From assembly GCA_001724265.1 (NCBI GenBank), contig MEDY01000119.1:1-64000 (forward strand): a DNA stretch of 64,000 nucleotides, in the 5' to 3' direction. Every line of letters starts with the position of its first letter. The stretch's first letter is position 1. This document shows, piece by piece, positions 1 through 10,551 of the stretch. The position numbers were made by a program, and so were the translations under genes. The notes under the pieces were generated by a model. The model searched no databases. It saw only the letters and a program-made list of their open reading frames with translations, and had not been told where the DNA came from. This stretch comes from Rhizaria sp. SCN 62-66. Taxonomy: Eukaryota.

Positions 1-1007
1 GGCCGCGGCGGCGACGTCGGCTGCGCTACCGGCGCCGGAGGCGACCGTGGCCGCCGCCGAGGCCGCCGCCGCGGTGGCCGCCGCTGCCGCGCGCGCCGCG
101 GCGGCCGTGGCGGCCGGTCCCGGGCCCTGCTCCGGCTCAGCGGGCGGATCCGCCGAAAGCAGGTGCGCCAAGAGTGCGCTGCGCTCGCCGCGGCCGGAGC
201 GGTCCCACAGCGGCACCAGCGCCGCGGGGCCCGCGCGCGCCAGCAGCGACGCGAATGACCGACCCTGCGCGGCGCCACCGCCGTTGCCGCTGCTGTTGCC
301 GGTGTTGCTGTTGTTGTTATTGTTATTCGCAGCTGCGCTTGCAGCGGCGGCGCTCGCGTTGCCTTTTCCGCTGCTCGCAACAGAAGCGTTACTGCTACTG
401 CTGTTCTTGCTACTACTCGCGTTGTTGCTGCTGCCGTTGCTGCCGTTGCGCGCGGCAGAAGCCCCCGCGAGCGCGTCGCGGCGCGCACGGCGGGCGCGCT
501 CTTCGCGCGTAAGCAGCAGCGCGGCCGCCAGAGACGACGTCGACGCCGACGGCGCCAGACCGCGCGGCGGCGGCAGCGCGGCGCCCGCACCTGCGATGTT
601 ACCCGCGCTGCTGCTGCTGCTCAGGCCGCCCAATAAGGCCGCCGAAGAGGACGGGGCGAGCGAGGGGTTGGGGCTTGGACTGGGGCCGCGCGCGCCGCCA
701 GCGCTCGCGCTGGCGCCGGCGCCGGCGCCGGCGCCGGCATTGGCGGTGTTGTTGTTGAGGTACGCTGATGAAGCGGAGGGGCGCAGCAGGCGTGCCGACG
801 GAGGAGCCGGCTGCATCTGCGGCTGCAAGTGTAGACTCGCGTGCGGCTGCGACAGGTGGTGCTGCTGCTGCGGCTTGAGACGGGGCGTGCGGGCGGCACT
901 CGCCCCGGCACCAGCGCCAGCGCCAGCGTTGGCGGCAAAGGGCGGGAAAAGCGAGTTGTTGTGTGGCGACGTAAACAGCGACAGCGCTGACGCAGACGGC
1001 GCTACCA

Positions 1008-1078
<71 letters not shown>

Positions 1079-1671
1079 AAGGAGGACGACGACGAGGACA
1101 GTAAAGCTGTCGCCGCCGCTGTAGATGCCGGCAGCAGCGCCATGCCGGAGGGCCCGAACACGGGCTGCGCGAACGACGGCTGTCCGCGGCCGCCATTGTT
1201 ATTGAAACTGCTGCTGTTGGTGTTGCGGGGGTGAAGCGGCGTCGGAGGCTCCGACTCGAGCCCCAGCGCGGCCCCGGCGCCTGGCGGCGCAGGCGGGAAG
1301 TGCATCGCCACCGCGTCGTCGTCCTCGTCACCGCCGCCAACGCCGCCGCCGCCGCCGTAGCTGAGGCCGGCGTCGAAGCCGAAGCTCGAGACGGGGGGGT
1401 TGGAGTCGGCCGCGGGCACCGCTGCGAAGGCCGAGGAAGATATGGACAGGAGCGCGGGCGGGGCGGCGCCAAAGGGCAGTGGCGCGGGGCCGTGCTGCTG
1501 TTGGAGCGGCTGTTGTGGGTGGTGAATCTGTCCGTGGAGCGGCTCGTGGGGGCGCGCGGGCGAGCGGGGCAGCGCCTGGACCGCAGGGTCTAGTCCGTCG
1601 AAGCTGTCGTCCAGCCCGGGCGCCGACAAGGGCGCAAGCGGCTGCAGCGCGGCGACACCAAACGGGTCCAT
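1..1671 (-). CDS. Low-complexity (Ala/Ser/Asn/Gln-rich) protein of unknown function, 5' part; runs off the left edge
   Basis: ATG at 1671 (MDPFGVAALQPLAP...) opens a frame with no stop down to position 1 (557 codons). It is absent from the ORF track because no stop lies in the window. It contains Q23 and Asn/Ser runs, and AT-richer DNA lies upstream. Confidence 0.75.
1009..1077 (-). repeat. Perfect (CAG)23 trinucleotide tract encoding polyglutamine
   Basis: 23 uninterrupted CTG units on the + strand, in frame as CAG (Gln) in the minus-strand gene. Confidence 0.95.
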
Positions 1672-2347
1672 CGCGCAGGGTCGGTGGGTGAGGACGGATA
1701 GAGTGGGAAGCGCGCGATGCGGGGCTGGGGAGTGCGAGAAGTGGAAGTTGGAGTTGAAGAGGGTAACTGACGGGGAGAAGATAGAAAAGTTAAGATATCT
1801 CTGTGAGAGTTCCGTTGTTAATAATTCACGCGACGAAAACAAATTTAAATGTATGCCTCTCATCAGCCATTCAAATAACACTTCAGTTCACTGACATTAT
1901 CTTGTCTGGGATCTCTTTCAAGATAATCCCTCTGTCCTGGCAGGACTGCCAGTCCCCCCTCTGCCGCCACCAGCGATGCACCACACCATCGTGACACAGA
2001 TCACTTTCTGGACTGACACAGAACAAAATGAAGGATTTGTACTGTAAACACGTGTTATTGTTATGTATCTAGTTAGAATATATATTATACTTAATAACAT
2101 CTTCGATTGAATAATATAAACCATGTGTATTCGTCATACAAAAGCAGGGACACACGGGCTCGTAATACCATATGGCTCGCCTGTCAAACGTGTCTACGTC
2201 CGCAAATTAACTTAAATAACATCACATTAACAACAACAGCAACCCATCACATCACAGCCCGATATCAGCTCATCGTCCCGGCCCTGTCGATGTATAAACG
2301 ATCGCCTGCCAGGTGGGGGCTTATGAGTACGCTCTCTGTCACAACAC

Positions 2348-4533
2348 TCACTTACTCTCCGCAGCAGCGCTGGGCTTGGCGGGCGCGGACCCGTCGCGGA
2401 GCACGTACGCGGGGCTGCCGTCGGCGGGGATGGCCTGGAGCGCGGGCACGAGCCCGTCCCAGTCCTCGAGCATCTTGCGCCCGAGCCGTACCTGCTCCTG
2501 CACCGCCGCGGGCACCTCGGCCGCCGAGGCCGCCACGGGGCTCTCGCGCGCGCCCGCCGCGAAGACGGCGCCGAAGCCGCGCTGCGCGGGCGTGCGCAGC
2601 GGCTGCAGCACGGCCTGCAGGTAGTGCCAATGCTCGCGGGGCGTCAGGTGCGCGCCCACGTCCTCGCAATACACAGCCCCAGCCTGCTCACTATGGACCC
2701 ACTTGGCCTCCTCGAGCGCCACGCGGCCGGGGCGCACGTAAGGCGTGAAGGACATGGCCGCGAACTGCTCCGGCTGCGAGTACTTGGTCTTGGCGTCGGA
2801 CAGCAACTGCCGCAGGCCGTAGTTCTTCGGGTCCGCCCACACGAGCTGAGGCGAGAAGCGCGCCTGCAAGAGCAAAAAAGCAAAAAGCAAGAGATAGGCA
2901 TTATCGAGTTACACATTGGTGAGCATCCAGATAAAATAATCAAACTAGTTTAAATCATGAATATACATGTTATTTTTCATTCAAATATCACAGTATCGTG
3001 TCATTCAATCATAGCACATTGCTTCACTCTGGACGCGGTACGCACCTGTTCGTTGCGGGTGAGGTCGCCCATTTTCTCGCCCGCGCTCAGCGGCTCAGGC
3101 GTGCCGCCCGCCGTGTAGCTGGCGGGCTCCGCGGCGGCCCGCGCGGCGGCCTCGGCGGCGGCCTTCGGCGTCAGCTTGGCCTTAGCCTTGCCGCTCTTGC
3201 GCTCCTCGGCGGCGCGGGCGGCGCGCGCGGCGGCGGCCAGCACGTCGTCGCTAGGCCCGGCCTGCGCGCCCAGTGCAGAGCCCGCGCGGCGGCCCATGGC
3301 GGGCAGCTCGGTCTGCCCCGTGGTGAAAAGGAAGAACTCAGCGGGCGAGACGTTAGCCAGCGTGTAGAGCGAGTCCATCACGTAGCTCGTCAGCCGGTTC
3401 AGGTACGCGAAGTCGAGCGGCTTCTCGAGGAACACGCGCTCCTTGGCCGCAGGCGCGGCGCGCACCGTCTTGATCCAGGGCTCCGGCGCGCGGTACGAGT
3501 AGCGGTACACGAAGCGGTAGAGTGCGCCGTACAGCAGGTCGTAGTCGCCCGTGAGCGCGGCGTACACGGCCTTGTCCATCGTCATGAAGAAGGTCAGCGC
3601 CATGTTCTGCACCTCGCGCATGTAGGCCTCCAGGTGGCGCTCGCGCTCGATGCCGCCGAGCTCGCGCAGCACCTGTCCCACCTTCCACATCATGTTCTCG
3701 TACAGCGGCTGCGTGAGCGCCTTGCCGTAGGCGAGCGGGCGGAACGTCGTCGCGTGCATCACGAGCCACGTGTGCAGCATCAGGCACGCCAGGTAGCCCT
3801 TGAGGTTGCGCTCCACGGCGAAGACCGAGTAGAAGACCTCGCTCTCACAGCGGTCGTAGATGAGCCCCGAGATGCGGAACGCAGAGAGGTTGTGCGACTG
3901 GCCCTCGCCGTAGTACCGCGCCCACGCGCGCAGCCCCGGCACGCGGTGGCGCATCTCGAAGTAGGCCTTGCCGAGGCGCTCAACGTCGCGGTTGAGCTCC
4001 ATGACGCTCGTCAGCGGCAGCTGGCCGGGCGGCGCGGCGTGGTCCAGAACCTCGCCCATACGCCGCGTCTCGCCGTCGTACAGGATGAACGGCGCGGGAT
4101 GCAGAAAGGGCGTCTCGTAGTCCAGCGGCGTGTGCGGGTTCACGCTGGGGTCCTTGTCGGCGCCCGCGGCCGCGACGGCGTTGCGCGTCTGCAGCGCGCC
4201 CGGCAGCGGGTTGGCCAGGGCCTTGGCGGCGGCCAGCTCGCGCTGCGCCTTGGTCGTCTGCAGCCCCAGCAGCGGGGGCAGCGCCAGCGCGGGCAGCACC
4301 GCCATGTCCACGCACGCAATGTCGTGGTAGTACTGCAGGAACGTGTCGCGCTTTGACTTGCCCGGCAGCTTGAACGGCGCGGAAGATGACGCGGCGGACG
4401 CCGACTCGGACGCACTGGTGGAGAAGAGGCAACGCGCCACCGAGGCGGACAACAGGGAGGACGGCGCGGAGGCGGCGGTGCGCAAAAGGCTGCGCTGGGC
4501 GGCGGCGACGCGGTGTGCGGCGGAGCGGAGCAT
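2348..4533 (-). CDS. CBP3: Ubiquinol-cytochrome c reductase (complex III) assembly chaperone Cbp3/UQCC1-like, 2 exons, ~667 aa
   Basis: Exons 4533-3046 and 2863-2348, phase-0 intron 2864-3045 (GTGCGT...TTGCAG), stop TGA. Arg/Ser/Ala-rich presequence-like N-terminus (MLRSAAHRV...). The core FYSVFAVERNLKGYLACLMLHTWLV...QPLYENMM...DKAV...LYGALYRFVY...LTSYV resembles the ubiquinol-cytochrome c chaperone family. Confidence 0.75.
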
Positions 4534-4941
4534 GCTGGGCGGCAGTGGCGGCGGTGGCGGCAACAACAGAGCTCAACGGCGCAGTGAGGACGGCAGCGGG
4601 TCGACCGGAGGCTTTGGGCGGGGCAAAGCGGGGTCAACGAAGAATAAAAAAAGCAAAACCGAAGAAACTATACTTTGTGTCTCTAGGGAGTACGCAAAAG
4701 TCGTTATCGACGATGTGGTTCAGTCGCTATGACAATTGCCCGATGCTCAACAGGCGCTGCCGGACTTGCGCAGGGGCGAAGTTGCAAGAGAGAGCCCACG
4801 GTCAGTGGCAAACCTGACTAAAAGTCGACTGCCGTGTGCATGATGCTGATCGTCACGAGACGTAGTACACAGAGTTATTGATTTTCCCTTAGCTTATCTT
4901 TTTTTTTCGCAAATCTTTTTCTGCCATGGACGCCGTGTAGC

Positions 4942-5468
4942 ATGAGTGCACCCCGCAGGAACATTCCGCTGGGCATGCTTGCCGCTCAGGCGGGCGTCCA
5001 CACTGCCCCGGGCCCTGCGCCCGCGCGCCCGCGCTCCCTGCCCACGCGCATTGCCTACGGTTGCGTTGGCGCTCTTGTTGTTGTTGCCACTGGCGTCTCG
5101 GTACGTTTCTCTCTTGTTCTCCCGCTCTCAGCTCAACTTGCTTTTCTCTTCCAGGTCGAACTCACCCAACGTCACTGTCTCTCTATTTGCTCATGTGCTT
5201 CCTCGTGCCTCAGATCGCGACGGTGCTGCTGCCCGCGTGGTTTGACCGCGGCACGCTGCCCGCCTCGCGCTTCGCGCTGGAGACGCCGCCCGAGTGCGAG
5301 CAGTGGCGCCGCCGCGTGGCCCAGTACGAGCAGCTGCGCCGCAGCGTCGACCAGCGCGCCGAGGCCTACCTCTGCCTCGCCAAGTGCCGCGCCGGGCTCG
5401 CCGTGCCGGAGACCAAGACGCACTTCGACAACGCCGTTGAGCGCCTCAAGAAGCCCTCGACGCAGTGA
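4942..5468 (+). CDS. Small single-pass membrane protein of unknown function, 2 exons, 137 aa
   Basis: Exons 4942-5100 and 5214-5468, intron 5101-5213 (GTACGT...CCTCAG), stop TGA. Splicing creates a continuous hydrophobic helix (IAYGCVGALVVVATGVS|IATVLLPAWF). Lies head-to-head with CBP3. Confidence 0.7.
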
Positions 5469-5950
5469 GCGCGCGCAAGTGGGTGGAGTTGCGAGGCCGC
5501 AATTGCTCTCTGAAAATGCTAGATTTGTACTAATTGGGAATATAAGCGCGGCTTTGCGACACACAGGTAGATTGTGGTGTGATACGATGTATTCTTGGGG
5601 GTAAATACCGGGCCAGGTGGATTTGTGCGCAGGCGCCCTCGTTGTGGCCCTGAAGCACCGAAAGAATACACCCCATATTTATGTTGCTCCGTATCTTTTT
5701 GCAAAAGCTATTTTCTGTACTACTGCGCGAAAAAGAAGTGATATCGCCCTGTAATTGAGTTTTAACGCAGGGTCTTAACTTGAAACTACGACAAATGTAT
5801 TTTTTTAGTCACAGAAAACAAGCTATGACAACCAAATCTTCAAGACAAGAAAATAAAAATTAGTAAAATTAAAGGTATTCATAGTATAAAATCTGCCCAA
5901 AAGCCGTAATATTCGACTGCGATGATGCTGACGGGTTTTCTCGGGAAAAA

Positions 5951-6032
5951 ATGGTAGTAGCAAAGTGGTTTACTGCGGGTGTCTTAAGAACATCTGTCCA
6001 TGACGTCGTGGGTTCGAACCCCACCTACCATA
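5951..6032 (+). tRNA. tRNA-Leu (anticodon UAA), intronless, long variable arm
   Basis: Acceptor stem ATGGTAG/CTACCAT with discriminator A; D arm containing AGTGG; anticodon stem GGTGT/ACATC with loop CT-TAA-GA; variable arm TGTC-CAT-GACG; T arm GTGGG-TTCGAAC-CCCAC. No encoded CCA. Confidence 0.93.
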
Positions 6033-6040
6033 TTTTTTTT
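6033..6040 (+). terminator. RNA polymerase III oligo-T terminator of the tRNA
   Basis: T8 run immediately after the discriminator base. Confidence 0.8.
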
Positions 6041-7248
6041 CTTTTCGTTGCCCGTCTACCACCGACCATATTTTTTTGTTTTCGTTGCCCACGTACAATT
6101 TTATGAATTTTTTTCGCTGTTGTTATATGCCCACGATCAGGCGCCTACCTGTTTGCTCTCACCCACTCCCCCACGCGCTTCCTGCTTGAGTAACGTTCAG
6201 TTTTCAGCGCCTTGCGTGGTGCACCATGTTGTGCGTGCCGATAGACGTCCCATGGGTCGTGGCTGGGCAACAATGTTTGACAATTATTCGCTTACCTTTC
6301 CTCCATGCAGTTTCCGTCTGTCTTCTAGTTTTATTAATACTACTAGTATTAAGCTTACTCGCAACACATCAGACAGCGATCACTTTCGTCACGCCGCCTT
6401 GCGTGTCGTTGCACGCAGCGCTGCAGTGTCGCTGACTATGAGAGACTGCACAACAATGGAGCAAAGGCGGACACGGTGGCGACGAGGCAAAAGTATTACT
6501 ATGAGGACTAAATTCGCTCTGAGAAAGAAGCAAGCACAACGTCCTGCAACGTGAATGTGCACGACCTTAAAAAGAGAAGTTGCAAGTGTCACATTCTGGG
6601 TGATATCAGCTGGAATGTGCTAAAAACGCAGCCTTAAGCTCGGACAAGGCGATGAGAAAGTTTGTCTCTAGACTTAGGAGACTGTCGAAAGCTGCTTGTA
6701 GTCGGCGAGTATTACGATCTAAGAGCTCGGAATCACTCCTTCCGATCTCGAGCTGGAAATATCAACGCGGTGAGCGTCTTAACGTTAGAGAACACGCGCA
6801 CAACGGCGGGGTGCAGGCGCGCGACCGCGTCCCTGACCTAGGGTGACCGTCAAAGATCTGGCAGCGCCGCAATGATGGCGACGTGACGCAGCTGGACCGT
6901 GATAGTGACGCGAATTTTTTGTTAACCAGGAGTACGCGGCATCCGCGAAAGTGATAAAAGTAAAAAATAACATCCGCAAATCAGACGAAATGACGGAATC
7001 TATCGCTGCGCTCAGGTCCCGATTGAGTCTGACGTGACCACTGGTGAGGGATGCGAACTCAGTGATCGAAAAACATATAGAAAAACATACAATGTCCGTT
7101 ACTCCGCGATGATATGTGGATATGTAATTTTCCCAACTTACATCTCATTATTTTTCTTTTTAGCACTCTAGAATCTGTTGTGAAGGGTTGCTTATTTTGA
7201 ATTCCCTCCATAGTCAACCCAACAGCTCTTTCTAACACAGCAGCAAGG

Positions 7249-8623
7249 ATGGACTTCTCCGACGCACTGCCCGGCTTGAGCCCCACGCTTTCCGGCGACG
7301 GGCTGTCGCTTGCCAGCGTCGAGTTTGGCGACATTTCTGTTCGCTCTGCAGACACACTGGTTCGTTTCCACTTCAATCTCAGCGCGAATTACACTACACA
7401 ACGCATCGTCCTCTTTGATCCTGCTCTGCTCCTCCGCTCGCTCGCCCCAACTTTGCTCATCTGCCCTCTATCCCTTATTCATCTTCCAAACACTCCATAT
7501 TGTTGCTCCTTGTTGCCTTTATACGCTCGCAGGAGGTGACGCACGTGTTCCCCGCGCTGGACCGTGTCTCGGCCCTGCTGTGGTCGCCCGACTCGACGCT
7601 GCTGCTCGCCGTCTACGCCGCGCGCGGCGCGCTCGTCGCGCACTCGCTTGCCGACCCCGACTGGACCGCTAAGATTGCCTTTGCGCCCCCGCAGTCCCCG
7701 GCGCCCACGCAGCCGCCGGCGTCGCCGTCGCTCTCGGCGCCCGCCGCGCTGTCCCCCGGCGGCGTCCTGGCCGCCTGGGCGCCCGACTCGCGCCACGTGC
7801 TGCTGCTCGCGGCGGAGGACGCGCCCGCGCCTGGCGCCGCGGGCGCGCGCCTTGGCGGCCAGCTCTCCGTTTTCTCGCTTGTGCGCGGCACCGCAGGCCG
7901 TGTCGGTGGCGCGCGCTTTGCAGACGCGCGCGCGCTCGCCTGGAGCCCCTGCGGACAGGTACGGCCCAGAAAAACAACTGTGTTGAGCACAAATTATTTT
8001 AATTTTGCGCAAATTCCCTGCATCACAAGTACATTATTAATATTGTTTTACTTTCACTGATTGTAGTTTTACCTCTATTTGTATATGCGTTATATCCCCT
8101 CGCCTTCAGTTCCTGGCGCTGCTGTGCCACAACCCGGCCCCGGCGGCCACGGCCACCGTCTCGGGCGCGCCCGCGCTCTTCACGGCCGCGGTCCTTGCCA
8201 CCGCGACCTGGGACATGGTTGCCGAGCTGCCCCTTGCCCTCCCCAGCCCCAGCGCAGCCACCGCGACTACGACGGCTGCAGCTGTGGCGGCTGAGTGCAG
8301 CCCGGACCCCGTGCAGCTGGCGTGGCTGCCGCCCGCGGCGCCCGCGCCCGCCGTGGCCGCCGCTGTGGCCGCCGCCGCGGGCACCACCGCTGCTGCGCCC
8401 GCGGGCGGACTGCTGGCTGCGCTCTTTGCGGCGCCCGCGGCGCCCGCGCGCTCGCCCGCGTCGCCCGCCGCCGCCGCTGCCGCCGCCGCTGCCGCCGCGG
8501 GCGCCGCGCCGCCGCTGTTGTTGTGCCTCTTCGGCGGCGCCGGGCCCGCCGCGCTGGCGTGCTTTGATCCCTGGGCGCGCCGCCTGCAGGGCCTCTGCCG
8601 CCTCCCCGTACTCTACAGCAGCC

Positions 8624-8669
<46 letters not shown>

Positions 8670-10180
8670 CACTGGCGGTGGCGGTGGCAGTGGCAGCGCG
8701 AACGCGACGATTGTCAGCGTGACGACTGCGGCGGTGGTGCCGGCGCCCGTGGCGATGCTGCCCGCGCCGGGCGGCGCATTTGTCGCCGTGCTGGCCGCCG
8801 CGGCGCCCGCGGGCGCGCCCCGCACCGTTGTCGTGCAGACGCTGACTTGGGAGGTACGTAATTGAATCAACATAAGACAAATCATCCGTCATTTCTTTTT
8901 TTCATGAAACAATAGCTCAATAGCTCAATGTTTTATAAAATCGATAACTTACTTATATTCACCTTAACTTTGACTAATCACTTCTTTTTTGCGTCTATCC
9001 TTACCTTTATCTCTCTCTACGCACACGCACGCGTGCATGCATGCACAGCCCATCATGACACTGCCCACCGTGCCCCCGCCCGGCTCCGACGCCGACGCCG
9101 ACGCGCACACCGCCATTACCGACGCCACTGGTGCAAGCGGCAATGCGGACGCGTCTTGGGTGACCGCGCGCGCGCTCTCGTACCAGCTCACCGCGACACA
9201 CGGCAGTGGCGCGGGCGCCGCCGCGGCCCCCAGCGCGTTCAGCGTCGCGCTGTGGGCCGACGCGCCGCCGCCGCTGCTGCCGCCCGCCGCCGCGGCCGCC
9301 GCGCGCACGCTCGCGCTCTACGGCGGCGGCGCTGGCGAGGGCCTCGGGGACGAGGACGACGACGACTGGGAGGGCACACAGGTACGGCGATAGAGATTGC
9401 GTGATTACGACCGACGATGAGAGTGAATTACTTAACCGGATTGAAACTATGACTCCTTGATTTTGTCTAAGATCCTTAAATTTAGTGTTCGCTCACAACT
9501 TCACCTTTCTCTTCCACTATCCGCCATTCGACGACACTGTATTGCACTGCACCGCGTCGCACCACTACGTGCCCGCCGCAGTTCCCCGCGCTGCCCCCGG
9601 CCTGGTCCCCGTGCGGCCGCTTCCTCGCCGTGCCGTCCCCCCGCCCCCGCTCGCAGTCGTCCCCGACAGCGCCGTTCGTGGACCTGTGGGACCTGCACCG
9701 CGCCGCCCTCGCCGCGCGACTGCACCTGCGCGCGCCCGCAACCGCGCTCGCCTGGCACCCGCCCGCCGCCGCCGCTGCCGCCGCGGGACAGCAGCAGCAG
9801 CAAGGGGCGAGGCTGGCGCTCGCGGCGGGCGAGGCCGAGATCTACTTCTGGTGCGTCGCCTTGCTGCATTGAATGACAATTGCGATAATTTCAATAGTTA
9901 ATCCAACAATAAGATGAGTCACACTCGATTGTGTTTATTTTTTAAATATCTCACAAGTTAAACTTTATTTGTTTGTATCTTCTCTTGCATATCTTCGCGC
10001 AGGTCTCCCGAGGCCGCCTCCGTCGTCGCGCTACCCCCCTCTGCCAGTCACGGCCACGGCCCCGGCGACGGCAGCGGGGGCGCGGTGTGTGCGCGCGCGC
10101 TGGCGTGGGGCCGTGCGGGCGCGCGGCTGCTCGTCGCGGACCCCGAGAGCCGGGCCTGTCTTCTGGGCTTCCTCGACTGA
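7249..10180 (+). CDS. WRAP73: WD40 protein WRAP73/WDR8 (centrosome/cilium), 6 exons, ~686 aa
   Basis: Exons 7249-7359, 7533-7958, 8110-8853, 9049-9381, 9582-9850 and 10003-10180; all introns GT...CAG with frame preserved; stop TGA. Motifs MDFSD, LWSPDSTLLL...SLADPDWTAKI, WAPDSRHVL, WSPCGRFLA, VDLWDL, LAWHP, IYFWSP and terminal CLLGFLD follow the order I recall for WRAP73. Confidence 0.85.
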
Positions 10181-10551
10181 GCGAGTAGTGACGGTGGCGA
10201 TGCTGCGAGCATGTGAGCTGTGACGAATTGAAACATATAAGTTACTGTAAGAGTGTAGAGTCGTGAATAACTAAGTATCATGTGTATTGCTTCTAAATAC
10301 TGTATGCACTTGCAGGTACACTTGCGCACTGTACACATCTCACTCAAAGCCAAATTGTGGCCGTAGAACGCCATGTTTGTGAGTCTCCCTGATTAAGTCA
10401 TCACACTGACTGCATTGGCACAACGATATATTAGCAACACCAAAAGTGACATTGATATTGTCATCAATAATCAGTACAAAATACAATTTTGAATCTTAGC
10501 ACTATAAATAACAATTGAATCGAAACATACTGTCACCAAGACATAGGGCTT

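Noticed and set aside
47-1234. 395-aa + strand ORF with poly-Cys and poly-Leu
   Set aside because: Antisense shadow of the minus-strand gene's poly-Gln/Ser/Asn tracts; GTG start and implausible composition.
5951-6032. tRNA as a nonsense suppressor (loop contains TTA)
   Set aside because: The 5-bp anticodon stem fixes the loop as CT-TAA-GA, so the anticodon is UAA (Leu). The long variable arm and A discriminator agree. It cannot explain the in-frame TAGs.
6000-6554. 184-aa + strand ORF
   Set aside because: Starts inside the tRNA and runs through its oligo-T terminator; AT-rich and lacks the local codon bias.
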